A DNA stretch of 63,633 nt, counting the filler, from Octopus bimaculoides (lineage: Eukaryota): assembly GCF_001194135.2 (NCBI RefSeq). It is 7 parts of 6 records of this genome, joined end to end, with 100 filler letters (N's around TTAATTAATTAA, not from the genome) between each part and the next. Parts side by side here need not be neighbours in the genome. Positions count along the whole stretch, not along the records: positions 1 to 16,777 come from NW_026387480.1; positions 16,878 to 30,665 come from NC_068981.1; 5 more parts are not named here. The stretch is one strand, 5' to 3'. Position 1 is the first letter of the stretch, and each line of letters starts with the position of its first letter. Below the pieces are notes generated by a model. It was not told where the DNA came from and made no database searches. It saw only the letters and a list, made by a program, of their open reading frames with translations. Of the stretch, positions 10,532-21,923 are shown piece after piece. The translations under genes and the position numbers were made by a program.

Positions 10532-12189
10532 GTGAGTTCAACCGCACTCCCAGTGAAGCTTCTAAGCCAGTCGGCCTGCAGGCCTCCGTAGATCTCAGCT
10601 CCTCGAAACATCTAATATATAAGATATATATATATCTATATATATATATGCATATATATATATATACATATATATTATGTGTGAATGTATATGTATATTT
10701 ATATATTTTCTTTTAAGAATTCTTCCAAAAAAAAAAACAAACAAACAAAACTACACAAACCTAACGCAGACCGACCCAGCTGCCTGCCTGCCTACCAGAC
10801 AAGTTTACGCTGTTCCTTTCTTCTACTCGGCCCCTTTGGTTGATCGAAATCTTCAGAGAGAGAGAGAGAGAGAGATCTTCATAGTCCAGCTTCTTCTCGA
10901 GCTACTGTCTTCCGTCTCGACTCGACTCGACTCGAAATTGATTAGAGATNNNNNNNNNNNNNNNNNNNNNNNNNNNNNNNNNNNNNNNNNNNNNNNNNNN
11001 NNNNNNNNNNNNNNNNNNNNNNNNNNNNNNNNNNNNNNNNNNNNNNNNNNNNNNNNNNNNNNNNNNNNNNNNNNNNNNNNNNNNNNNNNNNNNNNNNNNN
11101 NNNNNNNNNNNNNNNNNNNNNNNNNNNNNNNNNNNNNNNNNNNNNNNNNNNNNNNNNNNNNNNNNNNNNNNNNNNNNNNNNNNNNNNNNNNNNNNNNNNN
11201 NNNNNNNNNNNNNNNNNNNNNNNNNNNNNNNNNNNNNNNNNNNNNNNNNNNNNNNNNNNNNNNNNNNNNNNNNNNNNNNNNNNNNNNNNNNNNNNNNNNN
11301 NNNNNNNNNNNNNNNNNNNNNNNNNNNNNNNNNNNNNNNNNNNNNNNNNNNNNNNNNNNNNNNNNNNNNNNNNNNNNNNNNNNNNNNNNNNNNNNNNNNN
11401 NNNNNNNNNNNNNNNNNNNNNNNNNNNNNNNNNNNNNNNNNNNNNNNNNNNNNNNNNNNNNNNNNNNNNNNNNNNNNNNNNNNNNNNNNNNNNNNNNNNN
11501 NNNNNNNNNNNNNNNNNNNNNNNNNNNNNNNNNNNNNNNNNNNNNNNNNNNNNNNNNNNNNNNNNNNNNNNNNNNNNNNNNNNNNNNNNNNNNNNNNNNN
11601 NNNNNNNNNNNNNNNNNNNNNNNNNNNNNNNNNNNNNNNNNNNNNNNNNNNNNNNNNNNNNNNNNNNNNNNNNNNNNNNNNNNNNNNNNNNNNNNNNNNN
11701 NNNNNNNNNNNNNNATAAACATATGTGCGTGTACGTGTTCTCACATCATCGTTGAGAGAGATCGACCACCTTGTCTTGCATCTTTTAGAAACAAAACAAA
11801 AAAAAAAACAAAAAAAATTGCGAACGTGCGTAAGTTTATCACACTTTAGCACATGCCTGTATGTTATTTCTGCACTTGCCCCTGCCCCTGCCTCTTTTTA
11901 TTTTAATTTCTCAGGTGGCTCCTCCGTCCGTCCATCCAACCATTTGTCCTCGTCCTCATAATTTAGGCACCCATCTCTCCCTTAGCCCCTTTTCTCCTTC
12001 GAGTGGCCACAGCTGGGATATTCATTTTTATGACACTGCACTAGGAATCTCTCTGTCCCTTATTCACTAACTTCGGTGGTTCCTTGATTTCGCGTTGGGT
12101 TCTTTCAGAATAACTTAAACACGTTAACCTCCATGGCCTGTTACTGGAACTGACTGATGGGAGCCTCATATTCTTTTGTTTCAATCAAT

Positions 12190-12870
12190 TGGCTGTGGCC
12201 ATGCTGGAGCAACACCTTTAGTCAAACCAAGACTTATTCTTTGTAAGCCTAGTACTTGTTCTATCCGTCTCTTTTGCTGAACTGCTAAGTTATGGGGACA
12301 TAAACACCAACATTGGTTACCAGATTATGGTCGGAGGACAAATACATACATACACACACAGATATATATATATACACACACACACACGACGGGCTTCTTT
12401 CAGTTTCCGTCTGCCAGACCCACTCTTTGGTCTGCCACACAGTGGGGCTCAGTCAGTTTCATTCACTGCATAGGAAATGTATTGTTTTTTGCATTTTTAC
12501 AATATTTCATAACTTTATCTTGTTTCAGTTATTATTAGGCTGTGGTCATGCTGGGGCACCACGGTGAAGAATTTTTCTTGGTTTTAGTCAAATGAATTGA
12601 CCCCCACTGCTTGTTTTTCTGTGAAGCCTGATACTTATTCTATCGGTTTCTTTTGCCAGACTGCTAAGTTATGTGAAGTGGCAGTGGAAGACAAACACAA
12701 CCACACAACCACCATCACAACCGATGGGCTTCTTTCAGTTTCCATCTACCAGATTCATTCACAAGGCTTTGGTCTGCCCAAGACAATTGCTCAAAGTGCC
12801 ATGCAGTGGGACTGGACCTGGAACCATGTGTGGTGCGAAGCAAGCTTCTTACCACACAGCTACACCTTTG
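12190..12870 (-). mobile_element. Two tandem degenerate family-B SINE copies
   Basis: The gccatgctggagc / ctgctaagtt / gggcttctttcagtttcc blocks are repeated twice. Confidence 0.7.
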
Positions 12871-13519
12871 CTTCATAATTAAACTTTAATATTCATCACA
12901 CATATTATTCAAATACCCTCGAAACCATGTTGAAGATACTGAATAAAATATTTTCTAAAACTTATGAAAATGTACCACATGTGGTGTTTGCGATGAGCCA
13001 CATGGGAGGTATTTGTGGTGGTTAACGTGTTTATGTAGTTCATAGCTGTGGGAGGTCTCCAAAATAAAACACCTGGTATGGTCCAATAACTGTAGTCAGC
13101 AAAGGCTACCTTGCTTTGAAGAGATGGGTTTGATATGTCCATAAAACTCCGTTTGGTCTTGTTTGATCCCTCATGAGAAGGCCTCCAGACAACTTTGTTC
13201 CTAGTCTAGGTTTCAGCTCCTTGAAGAAAAATGCCTTCTGTATGACACCTTGATGAAGGGCCTGGGATTTTCTCAGCCAAGTTCTCACTCTGGATTAAGG
13301 GTTACAGAAGCCTGAAAACTCCTTCCAGATATCTTGTTGTAGTTACATGGTGGTCTGTATTTCCTGTAGCATAGTGTCCTGTTTGGGTACATATTTTAAG
13401 GTTTCTGTTCAGGGTACATGTCAGTGGAATACACCCTCGTTTACCTTGGGGTATATTGTTGAAACTGACTGAAGACCCATCTTTTATATATGGGTGTTTG
13501 TATCTTCTTACCTCGTTTC

Positions 13520-13880
13520 TGTCATTCGACTGCAGCCATGCTGGGACATCTCCTTGAATTTTTAGTTGAATGAATTGACACCAGCTCTTCTTTTAGACTG
13601 CTACTTATTCTATCATTCTCTTTTACTGAACTGCTAAGTTACAAGGATGTAAAGACACCATCGCCAGTTGTCGAGCATTGGTGCAAGTTCAGACAGTCAC
13701 ATATACTTTATACACACACGCGTAATACAACGGGCTTCTTTCAGTTTCCATCTACCAAATTCACTCACAAGGCTTTGGTCAGCCCAAGGTTATAATAAAA
13801 GACACTTACACAAGGTGCCACGCAGTGGGACTGAACCCAGAACGATGTGGTTGGGAAGCAAGGTTCTTAACACAACCAAG
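13520..13880 (-). mobile_element. Family-B SINE
   Basis: gcagccatgctggg ... cgggcttctttcagtttccatctaccaaattcactcacaaggc ... gccacgcagtgggactgaacc. Confidence 0.75.
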
Positions 13881-14255
13881 CCTGTCCTTTGTCTGTATGT
13901 GTTTATATATTATACATATGTATTCCTTATATGGTGTGTGTGTATTTGTATACACACACAAGACATATAGACTTGTGTGAAGCTAATCCCTTTTGTAATC
14001 GAATATTTTGGTGATGATACTTAAAAGTTTAGTCTTTAGGGAGTTTTTAAAAAAAAAAATCCCTCCTCCTTCACAAGTAATTTAGGGTATGCAGACCTCT
14101 TTCTTTTCTTGCCTTTCTCCCACCCTGGGTCCTTTATTCAATGTCCATTGCCAATCATTGTTTTAGGTGCCATGCCCAGTGTTTAGGGGGTCAGCTTGTG
14201 TTCTGCCGGTGTCGTTGGGTAAGCATTGATTAGTGTCTGTTTGCTGTCCCTTCAG

Positions 14256-14357
14256 ATCCCGCTCTCGTTCGCGGTCCGGAAGGAGTTACTCCCGCAGCTG
14301 GAGTCGCAGTCGGAGTCATAGCCGCTCCCCCCGGAGGGCCAGCAGAAGTCACAGCAG
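14256..14357 (+). CDS. SRSF7: SRSF3/7-like coding exon 3 (RS domain)
   Basis: Acceptor gtcccttcag|. Encodes SRSRSRSGRSYSRSWSRSRSHSRSPRRASRSHS(R). Donor ag|gtaaga; 102 nt, phase 2-2. Confidence 0.92.
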
Positions 14358-14964
14358 GTAAGATGAGCTCTTTGTTTTTCTGTCTTTGGTCAGTATGTCA
14401 TTTCCTATTTGCCAGTTTCCCCTCCCCACGCAATTATGTGCAAGAATCAAAGAGAATTAGAGTAAGAATAAATGAGTGGAAATTGAACCAGTGTGTGTGT
14501 TAATTAAGGTGGCATTAAACCAGAATGATTCCCCCGAGACAATAAAATATCTTTCAACACACAAATTCACATAAAGAATCAAATACAAAAACGAAATTTA
14601 TCTATATGTGATGGGCTTCTTTCAATTTCTGCCTACCAATTCCAGTGACAAGGCTTTGGTCAGCCTGAGGCTGCAACGAAAGACACTTGCTTCAGGTGCC
14701 ACACAATGAGATTGAACCTGGAGGCATGTGGTTGGGAAGTAAACTTCTTACCGCACAGTCATGCTGCACCCACACTTTTTGATCCTTATAACAGCTGCTG
14801 TTTTCTTTTTGTCTTTGTTGTGTGAAACTTAAATTATTTTCGTTATATTCGTTAAGAAACATTTCCCCTTAGTTTCATGGCAAATACGTCCAAATAGAAT
14901 TTCCATAATTCTTATCTTTTCCGCTGTAAAAACTCTTCTTTTTTTCTTTCTTGTCTATTTTCAG

Positions 14965-14971
14965 AAATTAA
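14965..14971 (+). CDS. SRSF7: SRSF3/7-like stop-containing exon (R-N-stop); exon probably 14965-14997
   Basis: Long polypyrimidine tract ending ctattttcag|a aat taa. Total CDS is 185+213+102+7 = 507 nt, or 168 aa. A donor at|gtaagt follows at 14998. Confidence 0.6.
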
Positions 14972-15844
14972 AACTTTACTAGAACTCAGTCTTAAATGTA
15001 AGTGCTCTCTCTCTCTCTCGCCTTCAACTTCTTCTCGTATTATTCTTTCCTGAGCTGCAGTCGATGGATTTTACTGTATTTCTAATGTCCAATGTCCTCA
15101 CTGGCACGAGGAGCTGGTAAGGCCAGGAGTCGCACCTGGCTCCTTTATTTTTGAGAACGGTTTCTATGGCTGCATAGCCAACCACATCACAGTGTGTACT
15201 GCAATGGTCTTTTTGTTAACCCAATTATGTCTGAAATAAAATAAAAAACTTTGAATGTTTTTGTTATATTCACCTGAGCTAGCACAATCTAATAAATGAA
15301 AAAAGAAAAGAAAAAGAAAATGTGGCTTTGATGCCTGAATTTATGAAACTCTGAATATTTTCATCAGCTGTGATTTTTGGGACACAATTTAGTAAGTTTC
15401 TTATCTGAATCGATTGCATAAATTTGGTCTCAAAGCAAGACTAATTACAGGTAAATGCTACAGAATTTAGCCATGCTCTTTGATTGCTATATTTCCTATC
15501 AAAATGTAACTCTTATGCGTTTCAATTGAATTCTGATATAATCTTGAATTTAGACTCTCTATTCATTGATATATTAATGTGATTTTTGGAACCCTGAAGT
15601 CTGTTGCATGATTTTTGTCTCAAAGCAAATCTAATTACAGGTAAATTCAACAAAATAATATAAAACTAGTGGGACCCATGAATACTTTATGGAATTAAGG
15701 GAAAACCTTTTGGGTTATTTCTGAAAACTTTCTCCAAATGACCTCAAAGCGTGGCCTGTGTTGTGTCTGTATCCAAAGATAGTCACTCGTCTGTTAATCA
15801 TTGAAAAGCAAAGGAAACTGGAACATTATAATTACTTAATGCTG

Positions 15845-16070
15845 CCTGATTGGCAAGTAAAAGGCACCATTTGAGCGTGGTTGATGCCAGTGCCACCTAA
15901 CTGGCTCCTGTGCCCGTGGCACGTAAAAAGCACCCACTACACTGGTTGGTGTTAGGAAGGGCATTCAGCTGTAGAAACCCTGCCAAATCAATTGGAGCGT
16001 GGTGCAGCCTCTTAGCTTGCCAGTCCTCAGTCAAACCGTCCATGGGAAGCAGAATTAAATGATGATGCTT
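15845..16070 (+). mobile_element. SINE-like fragment with (TGA)n tail
   Basis: Contains gttggtgttaggaagggcattcagctgtagaaacc, which resembles a conserved invertebrate SINE central domain, and ends aaatgatgatg. Confidence 0.5.
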
Positions 16071-16746
16071 TATTCACAATTTTATAGACTTCTCTCTCAC
16101 GCTTCCCCTCTTTTTCTCTCTTGTTCTTCACTTTTCCCTTCAACCAATCACATGAAGAAGGCATTACAGTCAGACGAAATAACTAAGGAATAAGACTGAG
16201 TTAAAAAGAATTCCACGTTTCATTCGCAGCCTCCCCAACTTCAGCCAATCACATGACAGCCTCAAGAATGGGCTGAGTAACGGAGGAAGAAGCAGAATTA
16301 TTATAAGATTGAATTTTCGTTACCAACCCGGCTGAAACTGGCTCTGGCTCCAACTACAAATGTTGTGTTGTTTTTAGAAGTTCTCAATGAAAATCTCCCA
16401 CCATACCTTAGTCACGTTCTGTTCCTAACACTGGCTGAATGATAACGGAGTTGTTCAACACGGAGCATCTCGAAATAAATGCAGTTAGCCATCACCACTG
16501 GGAATGATGTATATTGGCTAAGACTGGGTTGGGTTAAGATAGAACAACAAAGTTTTAATATAGACTTGCACACATTAGTGGATGATCAGTTTGTAATTCT
16601 GGATCATTTCCTTGTATCCAGAATAATGTGGCTCCTGGCCTTGCTCGGTTCCATGGTGGTAATGTAAAAAGCATCCTGAACACTATTTATTTATTTACTT
16701 ATATATTTATTCATTTATTTATTAATTTATATATATATATCTTTTA

Positions 16747-16777
<31 letters not shown>

Positions 16778-16877
16778 NNNNNNNNNNNNNNNNNNNNNNN
16801 NNNNNNNNNNNNNNNNNNNNNTTAATTAATTAANNNNNNNNNNNNNNNNNNNNNNNNNNNNNNNNNNNNNNNNNNNN
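16778..16877. other. Artificial scaffold spacer 44N-TTAATTAATTAA-44N
   Basis: The identical 12-mer embedded in Ns occurs at 16822, 30710, 39137, 50504, 59291 and 62188. It gives stop codons in all six frames. Confidence 0.92.
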
Positions 16878-16908
<31 letters not shown>

Positions 16909-17199
16909 CGTTATTCGCCCCATTGTTACTGATTCCATTATCTTTACTTGGATACTTTTATAAGACCTACAGTAGATGTTTTTAACAGTTTTCTAGTTGC
17001 AGAAATGTCCTTATCTCTCTCTATACTCGTAGTAATTTTTCTATCTCTTATTTTGGCTGATGTATTCTAAATGCAGTCATTGGCAGTCATTATTTTTCTT
17101 GTTTTCCTGTCTAGCCTCACTAATTCGTTTAGCGTCCAGTTGAGAATATTATAGCTATAATTTATTACTGAAGCAGCCAGAGTATCGATGCTTTATTTT

Positions 17200-17234
17200 A
17201 TTATTTTTATTATTATTTTCATTATTATTATTAC

Positions 17235-17268
<34 letters not shown>

Positions 17269-17285
17269 TATTATTATTATTGTTG

Positions 17286-17356
<71 letters not shown>
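17200..17356. repeat. (TTA)n microsatellite
   Basis: Direct reading of the sequence. Confidence 0.95.
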
Positions 17357-17357
<1 letters not shown>

Positions 17358-17819
17358 GTTTGTATTTAGCTCTATTTTAAATATTAATCTAATGCGTCCT
17401 GTAATATTTTTTTCTTAACATTATCTCTTATTCGTGTTCGTTGTCTAGTTCATTAATCCTAAGTATTTGTAAGTCTGCGTTTAGTTTTATTCTCATATTT
17501 CTGTTTCTTTATTTAATAACACAGAGTTCTCCCAATTAATTTTCCTCCCTTCAAGATTATTTTAGTGCATATTGCTAAACCAGATTCCACATCAATTTCT
17601 GTGTTCTATCTGTAATAATTCTTTAATTGTGTATCATCTGAAAGCATTCGACAATTGAGGGTTAGTTGATTGTCCATCTACACTGTATTTTATCCGAGTT
17701 TTGTCGGGTTTAAGATCTTTGCCAAAGAACTTTACTTTTCATCCTTCGGAGTTGATAAAATGAGAACGAGTCAAATACAGCAGTTATACATGAGTGACTA
17801 TTCTTTTATTCTTTTATTT

Positions 17820-18041
17820 GTTTCAGTCATTTGACTGCGACCATGCTGGAGCACCGCCTTTAGTCGAACAAATCGACCCCCAAGACTTATTCTTTGCAAG
17901 CCTAGTACTTATTCTGTAGTTATCTTTAGCCGAACCACTAAGTTACTGGGACGTAAACATACCAACATCGGTTGTCAAGCGATTGTAGGGGGACAAATAC
18001 AGACACACTAACATATACATATATATACATATATATATATG

Positions 18042-18090
<49 letters not shown>

Positions 18091-18430
18091 NNNNNNNNNN
18101 NNNNNNNNNNNNNNNNNNNNNNNNNNNNNNNNNNNNNNNNNNNNNNNNNNNNNNNNNNNNNNNNNNNNNNNNNNNNNNNNNNNNNNNNNNNNNNNNNNNN
18201 NNNNNNNNNNNNNNNNNNNNNNNNNNNNNNNNNNNNNNNNNNNNNNNNNNNNNNNNNNNNNNNNNNNNNNNNNNNNNNNNNNNNNNNNNNNNNNNNNNNN
18301 NNNNNNNNNNNNNNNNNNNNNNNNNNNNNCGGCCCGAGACTATAGTAGAAGACACTTGCCCAAGGTGCTACGCAGTGGGACTGAAGCCGGAACCATGTAG
18401 TTGGCAAGCAAGCTACTTACCACACAGCCA
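17820..18430 (-). mobile_element. Family-B SINE interrupted by (TA)n and an N gap
   Basis: tttcagtcatttgactgcgaccatgctggagc ... and, after the gap, ggcccgagactatagtagaagacacttgcccaagg. Confidence 0.8.
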
Positions 18431-18489
18431 TTCCTGCGCCTATAATTTTTTTTTTTTTTTGTCAGATTATTTAATAGGAGTTCCTGATA

Positions 18490-18740
18490 AACAATTGATA
18501 AAATTGCATGGTCGAGTCTGTGGCAGTGGAGACTTCCAGCGTTATCGGTCCCTGGTCATATCTCTGCTCACTGCTATCGAGACGGATATGGCTGTCCGCA
18601 AGCGCGAGCCCCCTGAGTTTGAGTGGCTGTTCCAGTGCATCTCCCTTGCAATCCTCCGGAGTAACGCCTTTTCCATTTTGCCTTCTGAGGCCAAGAGCTG
18701 GTCTCAATTACAGGAAATTATACCTTCCGCTCTTTCATGA
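18490..18740 (+). mobile_element. C-terminal fragment of a CRE-like (restriction-like endonuclease) non-LTR retrotransposon
   Basis: REPPEFEWLFQCISLAILRSNAFSIL resembles the FLxQRISxAIxRGNAxSIL terminus of CRE-type ORFs. Confidence 0.5.
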
Positions 18741-19203
18741 GTGAGTATTCTGGCCATTCAAATAGCCCTGGCGTAAGAGTAAGGTCAGCTATCAACAGAG
18801 ATTTTGTACAGCGTGCTGATAGTTCTGCCAGCTCTCCGCCTGGATGCGAATAAAAGCAAACTTATAGGTACAAAGTCTGAAATCTGGGGGAAGGCGGGAA
18901 ACTAGTCGATTACATCGATCTCAGTGCCCATTTGGCACTTATTTCATCGACCCCGAAAGGATGAACGGTAGAGTCGACCGTGGCGGAATTTCAACACAAA
19001 ACACAAAATTAAACCTTGACGTGTCGACAGATTATTGACCAACAAAATGTCTGAATAGGCGTACACATAGGTAATATAAGTTAGAGGGATTTAAGATAAG
19101 AACATTTAAAAGACGGTAACTTGTAGTACGACATTATCTTAAATATGTGCAGGCATGTAGTTAAGGAAGGAACTCGCTTTGCGATCAAGTTGTTTCGGGT
19201 TCA

Positions 19204-19275
<72 letters not shown>

Positions 19276-20314
19276 CAAGTATATGTGTGTGTGTGAGTAC
19301 ACATGTATATGAGTGTATGTCTGTCGGTGTTTGCCACCTATACAACTGCTTGACAACCGGTGTTAATTTGTTTACGTCTATGTTATCTATCGGTTCAGCA
19401 AAAGTAACTGATAGAATAAGTAACAAACTAAGAAAAAAGTACTGGGATCGATTTGTGAGACGAAAACAAAAAAAAAACTTCAAGGTGATGCCCCAGCATG
19501 GCCGCAGTCCAATGACTGAAGCAAGTAAAAGATAAAAGATGACGCCATAATCTGAAAGTAGAAATAGTTAACGAAATCAAAATAGATAGATCTTGCTATG
19601 GTTTAACCAAATATGCTCCCAATGAAATACGACTGGCTATTGTTGACTTAATGAAAACAGATGTGAACCTCAATATTATCAGGGAAAACTAAATTTATGT
19701 GTCACCGAAAATCACTCGATACATCCGCTTTCTTTTCTCTGTGCATCTCTGCGCAGACTCACGACCCAAGCTTTACATTAGGCACATTCCTTAAATGTTT
19801 ATCCTTGGAATTGGAAAACCCTTTGGAAGTCTCTTCTCTCTGCCCGCTTAGATATTAACCAGCTTATGTTTAAATTGAAGATTGTTCTCATCAGACTTGG
19901 TAGGAAAAATTGGAAAGGTGATGGGTCACTGCTCTTCTCCCCAACTCCGACTGACAATGGCGAAGAGGAGGACTGTTTGAAACGAGGATGGTAGTATTCG
20001 TTACAAACTAATGTAACGAATAAAACTGGTCGGAATTATACCACTATCATTTTCCTTACCGTTGCAGAGAGTTGATATATTCTGCAAGTTTCTACACTTA
20101 GTTTTATTTCGATAGAAGAACTCGAGCGTGCAGAGGGATTTATTTTTATATTAGTATTTAGAAGTTAAGGTTTCAACGAATAAGCAAACTCGATGTCGGT
20201 GAAGTTAATGTCAGCCATAAATATTTGTTTAACGCTGATTTCGGTAAACAAACATTAATGACGTTGAAAATGCTGAACGCGTTGGCGATACTGAGTGTAA
20301 GACCTAATAGTAAG

Positions 20315-20328
20315 ATGGCGGCGATTTG
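20315..20328 (+). CDS. Orphan first coding exon (M-A-A-I-, phase 2) of an unidentified gene
   Basis: aagATGGCGGCGATTTG|gtgagt: good start context, a YY1-like aagatggcggc motif, a consensus donor and local CpG enrichment. Confidence 0.4.
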
Positions 20329-20951
20329 GTGAGTAGAAATAGCGAGAGTAGGAGTAGGAGAAGAAGCGGAGGAAGAAATAGAAGAATTTGATAAGACACG
20401 ACAGAGGTGGCAGTAGCTGCAATCTGAGTATTAGCAATTAGGAGTGTCAGAGAGTAAGAGAGAGGCTAAAGAAACGCCAGTAGCGGTAGCAGGGAACGCA
20501 AAGCAGGCAGGTGAACAACATATTATTCTGTTGACTATAGGAATAAATAAATGAGTTTTTCCATCTCCGTACTATTTATCAGAGAAGCGGGAGAGGGCAG
20601 GTAGAGTGATGGCGGGGAATAGGCCACGAATATTTATGACTTTTTCCGTGATTGTGTAGTGGCTGATTGAGTGTGTGGTGCTTAAGAATATTTGTCTTTA
20701 TCTGTTTACTGTGATTTACAACGTGTGAGTATGCACGCATGCGCTTGTGTGCGTGTGTGTTTATGTGTGTGTGTGTGTGTACGTGCGCGTGTGGGAGTGC
20801 GTGCATGCGTGCATGCGAGTGCGTTCATGTGTGCACGCGCGTGTGTGCGTTCATGTATATACGTGTAAATATGTACATATTTACACTCACACACAAACAT
20901 ATATATATATACATATATGTATATGTATATATAACATATACACACACATTA

Positions 20952-20990
<39 letters not shown>

Positions 20991-21145
20991 ACTACATATA
21001 TATATATACACACACGCGCGCACGCACACGCACACACACACATACATACATTCCTACACTCTGCATGCATGTATATACATCACGCATATATACATATATA
21101 TATGTATATATATATACATATATACACATATATATNNNNNNNNNN

Positions 21146-21179
<34 letters not shown>

Positions 21180-21285
21180 TATATTATATGCATACATATA
21201 TACATATACATATATATATTATAAATATATATATACATATATATACATACATATATACATATATACGTGTGTGTGTGTGTATATA

Positions 21286-21352
<67 letters not shown>

Positions 21353-21888
21353 NNNNNNNNNNCATATATACATATATATACATATATATACATATATACA
21401 TACATATATATATATATATATACCTATATACATATATACAAATATCTTTACATACATATATATTTATATACGTATATCAAAATACATAATATATATATAT
21501 ACATATATATATGCACACACACACATATATGTATACACACACATACATATACGCATGCATGTTAATTTTTGTTTGTGTGATTATGTGCGCGTGCGCGTGT
21601 ACCATGTGTGTTTATAGTTAAAAAATAATACGTGTAAGTGACGAACGCATCACAAACTCCCCAATTTATAGTTCTCGTCATTATAGTGTGAGCGAAGCAA
21701 TAGAACCGACGGAACTAACATTTCGTGTTGTTTAGAGTCATTCTTCCCCTTCGGTTCCGGGTTCAAATCCCAGCGGGGTTAATTTACCCCTATCAGCCAT
21801 CATCAGAGCCAATAAATTTTATTCCCTGCAACGACTGAATCGTCCCTGCTGTTGTCTCACAAAACCCCTGGCGTGTCCTGTGACAGAA

Positions 21889-21889
<1 letters not shown>

Positions 21890-21923
<34 letters not shown>

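Noticed and set aside
13000-13500. Possible RTE LINE remnant on the minus strand
   Set aside because: Only one weak motif (FYGHI) among many stops, which is not enough to annotate.
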